Source of the DNA: a virus
Lineage: Duplodnaviria > Heunggongvirae > Uroviricota > Caudoviricetes
Direction: 5' to 3' (one strand)
Length of the DNA stretch: 64,000 bases
Virus record (IMG/VR): IMGVR_UViG_3300037455_000402
Location: 10,951 to 74,950 of that record
Shown: positions 42,697 through 52,075 of the stretch, piece by piece
Layout: each line of letters begins with the position of its first letter
How positions within the stretch are numbered: position 1 is the stretch's first letter
Translations under genes and position numbers: made by a program
Notes under the pieces: generated by a model
What the model was told of the DNA's origin: nothing
The model's database searches: none
Seen by the model: the letters and a program-made list of their open reading frames with translations, nothing else

Positions 42697-43848
42697 TTAT
42701 TTAAAAGATTTTATTGTTGACTCATTATCAGAAGTGTAAAGGTTAATCTTTCCTTCCGCCGCCGTAAGTATCTCTGTTCCTGCAAACTCATTAGTATGAG
42801 TTACCACAAGAGAAGGCTTAGCTTTAATACCCTTCATTTCAAAATACTTAGAGTCACGAATAGCTCTTGCTACTGCGGCGTTAGCTTCTCTTTGGTCAAA
42901 TTTACCATAACGAAGAGTTCCCTGATTAGGGTTAGGCACATTCGTAGCATCAAACATATCGGCATTGATTGCCGCCTTATCGCACTCAAGGTTAGAAGTC
43001 TGTCCTATCTGTCCCTTGCCGTGACGAGTAAGGTATGTACGAGTTACATAGAGGGTTTCAATATCTACTTCCCCCTTGTCAAAGTTCTGGGCGATTATCT
43101 GAGAAGGCACTTTCGCGCCGACATAGGCAGGAGTATTATGCTCGAAGTCATAATTGTGGTCATCCGCAAGAAGAAGTCCCTGACCATTCTCAAAGACGAG
43201 AAGAGGATAAGAATGGAGAAGCGCCTTCTCTTCTGTATCATTCTTAATCAAGGTAATATGGTCATAAAACCACTGGAAGTCCTCGTCAATATTTGGTTCG
43301 AGATATTCTCCGTGAAGAAAGTTAGTAACATCTTCAGGAAGTGTACCGTCCTTATCTCTAAGGACATCCTCATAATACTTGATTATAGTATCAAGATGAT
43401 AATGAGGTGTACCTGCCATTTCAGTACAAACCCTATGACGATTTAATGACTCCCAAACGCCGCATCCCGTAGATGAATGAGACTTATCGCCGCGGCGCTC
43501 TTCTACGTTTACATTTGCAAACATATCAACGGGAGATACCATAACGCCGCCTATTTTTGCATAGACCTTGGGCGTAATTCCCATAGCTTCAAGTTCTTCC
43601 CACTCACGTCTGAACATAGCGGGATTTACCATAAACTCTTCGGAAAAGTAAGTAGCGGCACCTTTGAGAGTACCGCTACCAAAGTGGCGGAAAACTCTCC
43701 TTACGCCGTTTTCTACTACCGTATGCGCCCTCTGACAAGAGTTTGAGGGCAGGATATTGAGACAGGTTGGTGTAGATACCGCATTGGCAACGAGTCCTTT
43801 CGACTCGTCACCATAGTTAAGTCCAGTTACGATTTTAATTTCCGCCAT
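42697..43848 (-). CDS. adenylosuccinate synthetase homolog (PurA/PurZ family)
   Basis: GLNYGDESKG (PurA GDEGKGK P-loop), AHTVV (GHT), STGCG (TTGRGIGP), YVTRTYLTRHGKG; 383 aa. Confidence 0.55.
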   Translation of the reverse strand: MAEIKIVTGLNYGDESKGLVANAVSTPTCLNILPSNSCQRAHTVVENGVRRVFRHFGSGTLKGAATYFSEEFMVNPAMFRREWEELEAMGITPKVYAKIGGVMVSPVDMFANVNVEERRGDKSHSSTGCGVWESLNRHRVCTEMAGTPHYHLDTIIKYYEDVLRDKDGTLPEDVTNFLHGEYLEPNIDEDFQWFYDHITLIKNDTEEKALLHSYPLLVFENGQGLLLADDHNYDFEHNTPAYVGAKVPSQIIAQNFDKGEVDIETLYVTRTYLTRHGKGQIGQTSNLECDKAAINADMFDATNVPNPNQGTLRYGKFDQREANAAVARAIRDSKYFEMKGIKAKPSLVVTHTNEFAGTEILTAAEGKINLYTSDNESTIKSFK

Positions 43849-43860
43849 TTATATTCTCCT

Positions 43861-44739
43861 TTACCAGCTAATCTTTCCGTCAGCGTCAAACTTTACTTCG
43901 CTTCTTGGAACATCGTCGAGGTTCACAAGAGTGCTCTTGATAATCTGAACGATTGTCTGAGGAACAGCCTTTACCTCACAAGTGAAGTAATTGCCGTGAC
44001 CAAGAACCTTTGTCCAAGTAGATGCGTCTACTCTGTCTCCCCATCTGTCGTGAACGACATTGATGTGGAATACGTCATACTTATTCTTAACTTCGTCGTA
44101 AAGAGCAGGAGTCTCGATAGCCTGATATGAGTAATCAGTTACAGCCTTGTATCTATCGGCATTAATATATGGGTTGAGGTTCTCGTCACCCATAGTGATA
44201 ATAATGCCCTTCTTTCCTCTCTTCCAGCAGTCGAGCTTAGTCTGAGTATTTGCAAATGCCCAAGCCGCACTGTAAGACTCGAAGTTATTTCCGCCGCCTC
44301 CGAACTCAAAGTAAACCTTATCAAGCTGTTCAGCGATACGTATATCAGACTCGAACTGAGATACCTGAAGCGGACAGTCATCGTATGCAAAGTCACCGAT
44401 ACCCATAATCATAAACTCGATGTCCTTGATAGACTCGTCCTTATAAAGCTCTTCCATAAGGTTGCCAAGCTCTGCCGCAACTTCGTTAGCCGCAGAACCC
44501 ATAGAGCCAGTTACATCAAGAGCAAGAATGACAGGTACAGTATTAGGATGCTCTTCGGAATCGCAACACTCTCTTATAACGCCCTTCGGGTTAAGAGCCG
44601 CATCAATGTCTCTTGCCTTATAAATCTGACTTGTTGCACACATTTTTATGTCAAGAGAGCCGTCCGCACAGGAACGGACTCCCTTTGAACGATATGAGTA
44701 ATCATCGAAATCTGCTCTTGTAAATCCACCGCTACCCAT
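43861..44739 (-). CDS. von Willebrand factor A domain protein
   Basis: MIDAS motif ILALDVTGSMG. Confidence 0.55.
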   Translation of the reverse strand: MGSGGFTRADFDDYSYRSKGVRSCADGSLDIKMCATSQIYKARDIDAALNPKGVIRECCDSEEHPNTVPVILALDVTGSMGSAANEVAAELGNLMEELYKDESIKDIEFMIMGIGDFAYDDCPLQVSQFESDIRIAEQLDKVYFEFGGGGNNFESYSAAWAFANTQTKLDCWKRGKKGIIITMGDENLNPYINADRYKAVTDYSYQAIETPALYDEVKNKYDVFHINVVHDRWGDRVDASTWTKVLGHGNYFTCEVKAVPQTIVQIIKSTLVNLDDVPRSEVKFDADGKISW

Positions 44740-44860
44740 TAGTCATTTACCTCCTCATCATCGTCAGTTGTGAACTCGACCTCAACGTCAATGTTCTCGT
44801 CGCCAAAAGATGGCTTAGTTGCATAATCGTTAGGATTAATATTTGCAGGTGCTCCCATTA

Positions 44861-45970
44861 TTACTTCGCCTCCTCTGTAGGTACTACAGGTGTTACTGGT
44901 GTTGCAGTTGCAGGTGTTACTGGTGTAGGTGCAACAGGTGCAGGTGCAGGTGTTGAAGGAGCTGCACCGAAGATGTTATCAAAGATGTTGCCGAAGCCGC
45001 CGCCTCCCATCATCATCATCATCATCATAGGATTCATACCGTCGTTACCCTTACCGTTAGAACCATTCATCATCTGGCTCATCATCATAACACGCATTAT
45101 CTTGTTCATGCCGTCAGGACCGCTGAGATTATCAGCATTACCGAACATAGATACAATCTTACCGTAGAAGTAAGTGTTACCCATAAACATATGACGCTCA
45201 GGAAGCATCTGCTCTACTGCGCCGTTTTCATAGTTTACGACTGTAAGGATATTAGTGTCCATCTTAAGGACGTACTTCGGCTTACCGTTAGCGAAGATTA
45301 TATCGCCAGCAGCTACTGTGTTTGTAGGAACTACGAAGAACATTTCATCGAAGCCGCTGAATACGAAATTATCGCAGTTGATAAATGTGCCCTGTACCGC
45401 ATTATAGCTCTTATAGCCATTAGAAGTCTTTACAGCTATGCCGCCATCCATAGTAATTTTGCACATACCGTTGCTTATCGGTCCGAACATTCCCTTAAGA
45501 AAATTATTATCCATCATTGTATTACCCTCCATATAATTTTTATCTGTTATTGTGAAACTGAGTATAGATACCCAGCTACCTGCTTCATCAATGACTTCCA
45601 GCTCATCGGGGAAGTCTTCATCAAGATAGGCTATGATTGTCTTTACAACTTCAACAACACTATCTCCATATGGGTCTTTCTTTATAGACGACTGAGTCAC
45701 TACCCACGGCTCGTCGCTACGTCTATATTCAATAAGGGTGCTGTCAATGTGAAACCTATCACCCTTTTTGACACTCTTATCGTTTGGAAAACGATACCAA
45801 TATTGCTTTCCGTGATTACTTGGTGTGCCGTCAGGACGGAGAAAACATACAGAAACGAATGTAGCTTTATTCTTATTTCGTGAGAATCCTAAAGCATCGA
45901 ATACAGTTTCTTCAAACTTTTTATCCCTATCACTATCCCAAGTACAATACGGTGCAAAAGCACCAAACAT
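44861..45970 (-). CDS. hypothetical protein with Met/Gly-rich and Pro/Thr/Val-rich C-terminal tail
   Basis: start set at MFGAFAPYC (GAAGGTG RBS); tail ...NPMMMMMMMGGGGFGNIF...PAPAPVAPTPVTPATATPVTP. Confidence 0.5.
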   Translation of the reverse strand: MFGAFAPYCTWDSDRDKKFEETVFDALGFSRNKNKATFVSVCFLRPDGTPSNHGKQYWYRFPNDKSVKKGDRFHIDSTLIEYRRSDEPWVVTQSSIKKDPYGDSVVEVVKTIIAYLDEDFPDELEVIDEAGSWVSILSFTITDKNYMEGNTMMDNNFLKGMFGPISNGMCKITMDGGIAVKTSNGYKSYNAVQGTFINCDNFVFSGFDEMFFVVPTNTVAAGDIIFANGKPKYVLKMDTNILTVVNYENGAVEQMLPERHMFMGNTYFYGKIVSMFGNADNLSGPDGMNKIMRVMMMSQMMNGSNGKGNDGMNPMMMMMMMGGGGFGNIFDNIFGAAPSTPAPAPVAPTPVTPATATPVTPVVPTEEAK

Positions 45971-46044
45971 ACTTACACCTTCTGGTTCCACTCTCGCTAT
46001 CCTCCTTTTCAAATTTCTCTTTATACGCCTTTTAGGAGGTCTCA

Positions 46045-46950
46045 TTACTTAATGAGACCTCTTGCAAGCTTCATTGAAAGTGAGCCACAAATCTTACCGA
46101 AGTTCTCAATCTGAGCTACAGTCTCGGGCTCCTCCTTTACACAGTCATTGTAAATTGCTCTTGGAAGATTCTTAGCGATTGTACCAAGGTCCTTCTCGTC
46201 CCAGTTCTCTGGAACAATGCCGTCCTCAACGAACTTCTGAATTGCCTTCTCAACTCTTCTTGGAGTTACGATAGTCTCTGCAAGAGCCTCTGCAGCCTGT
46301 CTTGCTGCAATCTTTGCAGGGTCAATGTCCTTCTGAGGCTTTGACTGATGAACCTCAGAGAACTCCTTTGCAACAATCTTTACATATGCAGGAGTACCGC
46401 TGAACTTATTGTCAAGTCTGTCCTGAGACTTAATAACTACACCCTCACCTGTAGGCTCACCGCCCATCTCTGTCTTACCAACAAAAGAGTAAACGTGCTC
46501 CCAAGAGATGAAAGGACCGTCGTAAAATACAGGAACCATCTTAAGACCGCAGAACTCTGCCATCTGCTTGGTCTGCTCCCATGGAATGTACTGCTCAATC
46601 TCAGTATCCCATACGTCGAAAACATAGAACTGCTTCATCTTCTCCTGTGGGTACTTAATAGTGTGCTTAACGAGCCACTCACCGAAGAAAATGTATCTTG
46701 TACCAAGTACACAAGAAATCATAGTAGGGTCAAGTGACTGAACATACTCGTAGAAACCCTGAAGGTTGCTCTCAGGAGTAAGCTCATTTCTTCTTGAAAA
46801 AGCAATAAGCTTACCGTCCTCGCCAACTGCGATTGATGCGTTTGCACCGTCTATCTTCTCTGTAATTGTAATATGCTCTCCCACCTTGAAAGCCTCAGCG
46901 AACTTGTCCTTGAGTCTCTCAATATCAACATACTTTTTCATTAACATCAT
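46045..46950 (-). CDS. RNA ligase, T4 Rnl2-like (nick-sealing family)
   Basis: motif I EKIDGANASI (T4 Rnl2 EKIHGTNFSL), FGEW, YVFDVWDTE, EGVVIK, KIVAKEF align with Rnl2 motifs. Confidence 0.65.
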   Translation of the reverse strand: MMLMKKYVDIERLKDKFAEAFKVGEHITITEKIDGANASIAVGEDGKLIAFSRRNELTPESNLQGFYEYVQSLDPTMISCVLGTRYIFFGEWLVKHTIKYPQEKMKQFYVFDVWDTEIEQYIPWEQTKQMAEFCGLKMVPVFYDGPFISWEHVYSFVGKTEMGGEPTGEGVVIKSQDRLDNKFSGTPAYVKIVAKEFSEVHQSKPQKDIDPAKIAARQAAEALAETIVTPRRVEKAIQKFVEDGIVPENWDEKDLGTIAKNLPRAIYNDCVKEEPETVAQIENFGKICGSLSMKLARGLIK

Positions 46951-46965
46951 TCCTCTCTTTTAACT

Positions 46966-47003
46966 TTCTATAAATATTATAGCATAATTTTTATTTAAAG
47001 TCA
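46966..47003 (-). promoter_or_regulatory. consensus promoter TTGACT-N17-TATAAT
   Basis: TTGACTTTAAATAAAAATTATGCTATAAT. Confidence 0.7.
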
Positions 47004-47219
47004 AGATTTCTTATTTTTAAAATTAACCGAAAAGCTTATCCCAAGGTATCATACCCCAAGTCATGCCAGCTACGAAGCAACCCCCGCCGAACCAGTCAAT
47101 TTTTCGTCCTTTCTCTGCGTCAATCTTATAGGCTATATGGCTCATAAGAGTAAAGATTATAACGCAGACAACAATTTCAATTATTGTACTTGCCATAAAA
47201 TCTTTCCTTTCGTTTTATT

Positions 47220-47257
47220 ATGTATATATTATATCAAAAATTTTAGAAAAAGTCAAG
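47220..47257 (-). promoter_or_regulatory. consensus promoter TTGACT-N17-TATAAT
   Basis: TTGACTTTTTCTAAAATTTTTGATATAAT; drives a ~50-aa membrane peptide ORF at ~47040-47197. Confidence 0.6.
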
Positions 47258-47768
47258 AATTTTCATCGGTCATAAATTCATAACAATCTATAACCTTCTG
47301 AGTTACCTTTAATTCATAAAACTCATTGACGTAATAATCATTCTCGCCCCAAGAGCCTCGCTGTATCGGAATACCATAAAGCTTGCCTGTAACAGGGTGC
47401 TTGAAAACTCTTGTGATATATTCCCAGCCTTTATAAATATCGAAATCGTCTGTTACTTCATCATCAGAGTTACAGATAAAATCTCCGCCGTCAATCATAT
47501 CACGGATAAAATCAGTATCATAAGGACACTCTTCCTTATCTTTATCCTTCTTCTTGTTATTTTCTGCTGTCCAAACGATGAAGTCCCAGATATAAGCGTC
47601 CCAAGCATCTACGAAATCCTGCTCGTCATCTCCTACGCCGAATGGATAATTACCACTCTTCTGAAATGCCTTAATCTCTTCTATACTGGTCATAGAAACA
47701 AGTGACCCGTCTTTTCCTGTAAAAGTAAAAGGGATATAAACTGTATTTTCCATATTAACTCCTTTCAA
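47253..47768 (-). CDS. hypothetical protein (171 aa)
   Basis: ORF track. Confidence 0.5.
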   Translation of the reverse strand: MKGVNMENTVYIPFTFTGKDGSLVSMTSIEEIKAFQKSGNYPFGVGDDEQDFVDAWDAYIWDFIVWTAENNKKKDKDKEECPYDTDFIRDMIDGGDFICNSDDEVTDDFDIYKGWEYITRVFKHPVTGKLYGIPIQRGSWGENDYYVNEFYELKVTQKVIDCYEFMTDENS

Positions 47769-48100
47769 ACTTCGTCGTACATAGGTGCATATTTACGAAT
47801 GTGATTGTGAATGACAACGCCAAGCAACTTTTCTTCGCCGCCTTGCGTTATAACATAAATGTAGCCTCTATCGGTGGTAACTGAACCTCTACCCCTTGGG
47901 TAAGTGAACTTCTTTGCCGCAGTCTCTACAGCCGCGAGGTCAATAGTATTCAGTTCCATTCTGCCGCTATTTGTAATAATAACAAATGTTGACATACCAT
48001 TTTTAAGAACGGGATTGGTATCAATAAGACGACCGCACCATTTAACATCATACTCTTCCCACTGTCCAGTGACAATAAGGTGAGTTTTAATCATAGGCAT
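47765..48100 (-). CDS. hypothetical protein (111 aa)
   Basis: ORF track. Confidence 0.5.
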   Translation of the reverse strand: MPMIKTHLIVTGQWEEYDVKWCGRLIDTNPVLKNGMSTFVIITNSGRMELNTIDLAAVETAAKKFTYPRGRGSVTTDRGYIYVITQGGEEKLLGVVIHNHIRKYAPMYDEV

Positions 48101-48438
48101 TTCAATCCCTCTCTTTCTGCGTCAATAATTGGGAGTGAGCAATAACGCTCGTCATGAATGATTTCTTCATCACTCATTACTTCATACCAGCCGCGTTCGT
48201 TTTTCTTTGTAAGCATATACTTTTTAATAGCAACCTTACCGCAAACAGTACAACGCTTACCGAGCATAAGATGCTTCCAAGTCTCTCCATTTGAAAGAAT
48301 ATAATTAGTAATAAGAATATCTTCGTAAAGATGTTTATGATTTGACCTCTTAGGAGCAACTCTTTTTGAAATAGACTTACCAGTACAAGCACCATCATTC
48401 TGTGGCTTATTTGTCTTTTTGAAATCTGCTTTACCCAT
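48091..48438 (-). CDS. hypothetical protein (115 aa)
   Basis: ORF track; AAGGAAGTGAGCGTATG RBS. Confidence 0.5.
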   Translation of the reverse strand: MGKADFKKTNKPQNDGACTGKSISKRVAPKRSNHKHLYEDILITNYILSNGETWKHLMLGKRCTVCGKVAIKKYMLTKKNERGWYEVMSDEEIIHDERYCSLPIIDAEREGLKCL

Positions 48439-48460
48439 ACGCTCACTTCCTTTTCTTAAT

Positions 48461-48498
48461 TTCTATATATATTATACTAAAAAATTAAATAAAAGTAA
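48461..48498 (-). promoter_or_regulatory. consensus promoter TTTACT-N17-TATAAT
   Basis: CTTTACTTTTATTTAATTTTTTAGTATAAT. Confidence 0.65.
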
Positions 48499-48507
48499 AG
48501 ATTTCAA

Positions 48508-48536
48508 CAAATAAAAATGCCGCCAAAGTAAGGCGG
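48508..48536 (-). terminator. rho-independent terminator
   Basis: TCGCCGCC-TTACTTT-GGCGGCA then TTTTT on minus strand. Confidence 0.55.
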
Positions 48537-48570
48537 CGAAATATACTATTTAAATATACGCGCACGGGCG

Positions 48571-48606
48571 CACGTGATTTTAACATAAATTTTTATAAAA
48601 GTAAAG
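48571..48606 (-). promoter_or_regulatory. promoter-like element TTTACT-N17-TAAAAT immediately upstream of a GC-rich palindrome
   Basis: CTTTACTTTTATAAAAATTTATGTTAAAAT; followed by CACGTGCGCCCGTGCGCG inverted repeat then terminator. Confidence 0.35.
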
Positions 48607-48608
48607 AT

Positions 48609-49016
48609 TTAATCAAACGCTAAAGGTTTAACTTCATTAACTTTATTTTTTAAATGTTCTCTGAGTTCGTCCTCGCTCATCATGTCCTCATAATACTGAT
48701 TGACAGTCTGAGGCATTTCATCTTCACTTGGAAAATCCCAGCTTATGACAAAAGCATCCTTCTTAAGTGGAGAGCCTTTTATATTAAAGCCCTTCTCTTT
48801 AAGAAATTTCAAAACCTGAAATTCACATTTAAGTTTTCTAACCGTAAAACAATGATTTCCAAGTCTTACAGCATCAAGCATAAGGTAATAGCAAAGAGCA
48901 ACCTCATACTCGAAGATAGCCGCCTCTAAATTTTCTGAATTAATTTTATCAGCTTCAGGAAATTTATTTATATCAAACTCGTTCATCTTACTGCTCCTTA
49001 TAAATCCATACGACAT
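48609..49016 (-). CDS. hypothetical protein (135 aa)
   Basis: ORF track. Confidence 0.5.
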   Translation of the reverse strand: MSYGFIRSSKMNEFDINKFPEADKINSENLEAAIFEYEVALCYYLMLDAVRLGNHCFTVRKLKCEFQVLKFLKEKGFNIKGSPLKKDAFVISWDFPSEDEMPQTVNQYYEDMMSEDELREHLKNKVNEVKPLAFD

Positions 49017-49296
49017 CTCTGGTTCTTAGCATATAAATCTGATTAATCTTAAACTTCTTGGGCTCCTCATTAACAATTTCAATTGTTCTGGTCTTGCCCT
49101 CAGCAATTTCAGCTCTAACGCTCTCTCTCAACTGCTTAGCGTTACCCTTAACCCACTCAGAATTAAGCACCTTATATGCAGGACCGTCCTCAGTTTCCTG
49201 CTTTTCAAGTGTAGTAACCTTCATTCTGAACTTTGCCTTTGGATAGATGTTCTCGTCCTTAAGCTCATTGAGTGTACTTGTGTTTGGTAATTTCAT
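48988..49296 (-). CDS. hypothetical protein (102 aa)
   Basis: ORF track; AAGGAGGAATAGAGTATG RBS. Confidence 0.5.
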   Translation of the reverse strand: MKLPNTSTLNELKDENIYPKAKFRMKVTTLEKQETEDGPAYKVLNSEWVKGNAKQLRESVRAEIAEGKTRTIEIVNEEPKKFKINQIYMLRTRDVVWIYKEQ

Positions 49297-49311
49297 ACTC
49301 TATTCCTCCTT

Positions 49312-49701
49312 TTAATCCCAAAGGAAACCATGCCATTCGGCAAACAGTTTAAACCCTTTGTCAATAATCTTTTGCTGTTTTTCGTCGGGCATAAATTCTG
49401 TACAATACAAATAAAATGCCCTAATCATTTTATCAACGATATTATCCCAAGCCCTTTTAGCTTTGGCATCATTTTTATCATAACGCCAATAAATAACCCC
49501 AGGGATGCCGCCTGCTGCTTCACGATAATGAACAAGTCTTACTAAAGTAAAGTAAGCAATTTCAAAATCTAAATTCCAAATGTCCTCATAGTGGAAGCCC
49601 CACTTCTCGAAGAACTCCTAAGAATGATAGCCAGCGCTGGTCTACCAACAAGGCTTGGCACAGTTAATTGCTCTTCTTAAAGTAATTTTATTCTTCTTCA
49701 T
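49312..49701 (-). CDS. hypothetical protein with two in-frame TAG codons (129 codons)
   Basis: GGAGTGAGGGAATG RBS; MKKNKITLRRAINCAKPCW-TAG-TSAGYHS-TAG-EFFEKWGFHYEDIWNLDFEIAYFTLVRLVHYREAAGG...; ends TAA. Confidence 0.45.
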
Positions 49702-49788
49702 TCCCTCACTCCTTTACAAGATAACGCAAATCTCTTAGGAGCATTCCTAAAAGAAATAAAATTATAGCAAAATATTTAAGCATATTTA

Positions 49789-50043
49789 TCACTTGTGAAT
49801 AAAGTTTCCGTCGTCTGCTGCAGTCTCAATCCAAGTCTCAAGCTGTGAGTAGCAATCCTTCTCAGTCTCAACCCAAATCTCCTGCCACTCTGTCATAGCG
49901 AGCATACAGCCCATTATAGATTTTCCATTAACACACTGACGTCTGGACCCATCAGTGAGATATACGTCTCCTACACATTTTGATGCCGCCAAACAGAAGG
50001 CGAGTGCGTCCTGCTCTCCAATTAATAAAAGTCTATTTCTCAT
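49789..50043 (-). CDS. hypothetical protein (84 aa)
   Basis: ORF track. Confidence 0.45.
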   Translation of the reverse strand: MRNRLLLIGEQDALAFCLAASKCVGDVYLTDGSRRQCVNGKSIMGCMLAMTEWQEIWVETEKDCYSQLETWIETAADDGNFIHK

Positions 50044-50160
50044 AAAAATAACACTCCTTTTTTATAATTTTCTTTTTTTTCATACGATTTTTTTCATTTT
50101 TTTCAAATGAGCTGCAAAATGAGCTACGAAATGAGCTGCGTTTTGCCGCAGGAGCTGCGT

Positions 50161-50427
50161 TTAGAAGTCTTGAACTTTGAGCCACACAGACCTGCCATCT
50201 CTCTTAACATAGTAAGTGTTAAGTTCCATTTCTCTTGGAGGATAGTCGTCAACCAATTTTACTCGGAAGCCGTCAATTGTTGTCTCCTTGAAAAACTTCT
50301 TCTTTGATTTCTTGAATATAGTCTCTTTCTCTTCGCCATATTCGTTGACAACGCATAGCATTAGATGAAAGGATGACTTTACAGTATTTTCAAATATAAC
50401 TCTTGCAGGACTAATCATTCTATTCAT
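50161..50427 (-). CDS. hypothetical protein (88 aa)
   Basis: ORF track; promoter 50437-50474 upstream. Confidence 0.5.
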   Translation of the reverse strand: MNRMISPARVIFENTVKSSFHLMLCVVNEYGEEKETIFKKSKKKFFKETTIDGFRVKLVDDYPPREMELNTYYVKRDGRSVWLKVQDF

Positions 50428-50436
50428 CTCCTTTAC

Positions 50437-50474
50437 TATAATATAATTATATCAAAACTTAAAAGAAAAGTCAA
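50437..50474 (-). promoter_or_regulatory. consensus promoter TTGACT-N17-TATAAT
   Basis: TTGACTTTTCTTTTAAGTTTTGATATAAT. Confidence 0.7.
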
Positions 50475-50524
50475 GATATAAACAAAAAGAGGGACTAAAG
50501 CGCCCCTCTTTAAATTATTACAAA

Positions 50525-51250
50525 TTAGTGTTCGTCTGTACCAGGAATAGCAGCGTTAGGTGTAGGTGTATCACCAGAAACCTCGTCATAGAGAGCGGCT
50601 GTTACAAGCTCAATCTCCTTACGTACTCTTGCAAGCTCAGACTGTAAGAAGTCTACAGGGTTCTTAAGAGCAACACGAGTATTAGTATCATCTACAGTGT
50701 AATCTGCAGGGTCAAGTGCCTCAATTGGGTCTCCACAAATAAGATTTGCATACATTCCCTTAGCTGGGTCACCTGCGAAGTCAGTAATCATTTCAGTACC
50801 AAACTGATAACTGTTATTACCAACTGTAAGGATAGCTGGCTTATTCTTCTGCTCGAAGTCCTTAATCATCTGTACAAGTACCTTAGTCTTCTGAGTGAGT
50901 TTAGCGAGTCTCTTAGAGCACTCATCAACCTTCTCAGGCTTTGGTGGTACTGGATAAGGAGGACATGGAGGAGGACATGGAGGGATTGGATGCGGATGTG
51001 GAGGAGGAGGACATGGAGGAATTGGTCCAGGTCCAGGTCTACCAGGAATTGGAGGAGTTGGTACGGGTTCTACATCCCACTCTGGATAAGGTGGGTAGAA
51101 TGGGTAGCCACCCCAATCAATTGGTGGAGGAGGAGGACATGGAGGTACAGGTGGTACTGGCTTTGGTGGTGGTGGAAGAATAGGCTTGCTTGGTACAGCG
51201 TAGTCTACTCCGTCGAAACCAGTTCTCTTGTAAGTACTCATATAATTCAC
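50525..51250 (-). CDS. proline-rich protein (241 aa; PPxP/CPPPP repeats) with globular C-terminal domain
   Basis: ...PPPPKPVPPVPPCPPPPPIDWGGYPFYPPYPEW...PPCPPPPHPHPIPPCPPPCPPYPVPP... Confidence 0.55.
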   Translation of the reverse strand: MNYMSTYKRTGFDGVDYAVPSKPILPPPPKPVPPVPPCPPPPPIDWGGYPFYPPYPEWDVEPVPTPPIPGRPGPGPIPPCPPPPHPHPIPPCPPPCPPYPVPPKPEKVDECSKRLAKLTQKTKVLVQMIKDFEQKNKPAILTVGNNSYQFGTEMITDFAGDPAKGMYANLICGDPIEALDPADYTVDDTNTRVALKNPVDFLQSELARVRKEIELVTAALYDEVSGDTPTPNAAIPGTDEH

Positions 51251-51428
51251 CTCATTTTTGCAAAAATAAATTGGGTCTTAAGCCGCCCAATCGGAGAATT
51301 ATCTTCTCTTAATAGAGGTAGAATTAGAGATAGAAAGGTCTAAATTTTCAGGTATGGGAAAATCTTTTGCTAAAGTTTCGCCGCCATGCGGTAGAAAAAT
51401 CTTTATATAAAAAAAGAAACTTACCCCA

Positions 51429-51770
51429 TTAAAGGGCAGGTCTTAATTCAAGGAAAGGTACCCCGTCAAAATCTGTGACGACATAATAAATCTTTTTACC
51501 ATATTCTTCTGCAATAAGATGTTCTACTTGACATCCACGAGACTTAGCCCAGTCCGTATCAAATACAACTACATCTGCTTTTGACATAATGGTAATAGCA
51601 TGACCGAGACATACCAACGGGTCAACATCCTTTGCTCCTTCTATAAAGGAGTCAAGAATAATCGGTCCATTAAAGGTATCTCCAATTAAGTCGGTAATAA
51701 ATTCACGACGTGCAAGAATCTCTCCCTGAGTTTTGCCATTCATTGGCTGAGAAATAAAATATTTAGTCAT
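51429..51770 (-). CDS. hypothetical protein (113 aa)
   Basis: ORF track; weak resemblance to nucleoside 2-deoxyribosyltransferase-like fold (unverified). Confidence 0.45.
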   Translation of the reverse strand: MTKYFISQPMNGKTQGEILARREFITDLIGDTFNGPIILDSFIEGAKDVDPLVCLGHAITIMSKADVVVFDTDWAKSRGCQVEHLIAEEYGKKIYYVVTDFDGVPFLELRPAL

Positions 51771-52075
51771 TATTCCACCTTCATTTCATATTCTTTACCA
51801 GTTTCTTTGTCTTTAAAAATTACTTTTGTAGTTTTATCGCCTTCTTTTTCTTCAATAATTGTATACTGGTCCCAATCAATTTTATCTGCTTTTGTTGCTT
51901 TAATAAGGTCATGGTCTGTAGTACAACAAATAATAATTATGATTGCTACACCTATTACCATACAACTTAAAATGGTAGTCGCAACTCCATCTTCTTCATC
52001 AAGAGTTAGCATTGCAAATACCGTACAAACTATCATTATAAATAATAAAAATGCTAACAAAGCTATTCCCATCAT
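51770..52075 (-). CDS. membrane protein (101 aa)
   Basis: two hydrophobic segments. Confidence 0.5.
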   Translation of the reverse strand: MMGIALLAFLLFIMIVCTVFAMLTLDEEDGVATTILSCMVIGVAIIIIICCTTDHDLIKATKADKIDWDQYTIIEEKEGDKTTKVIFKDKETGKEYEMKVE

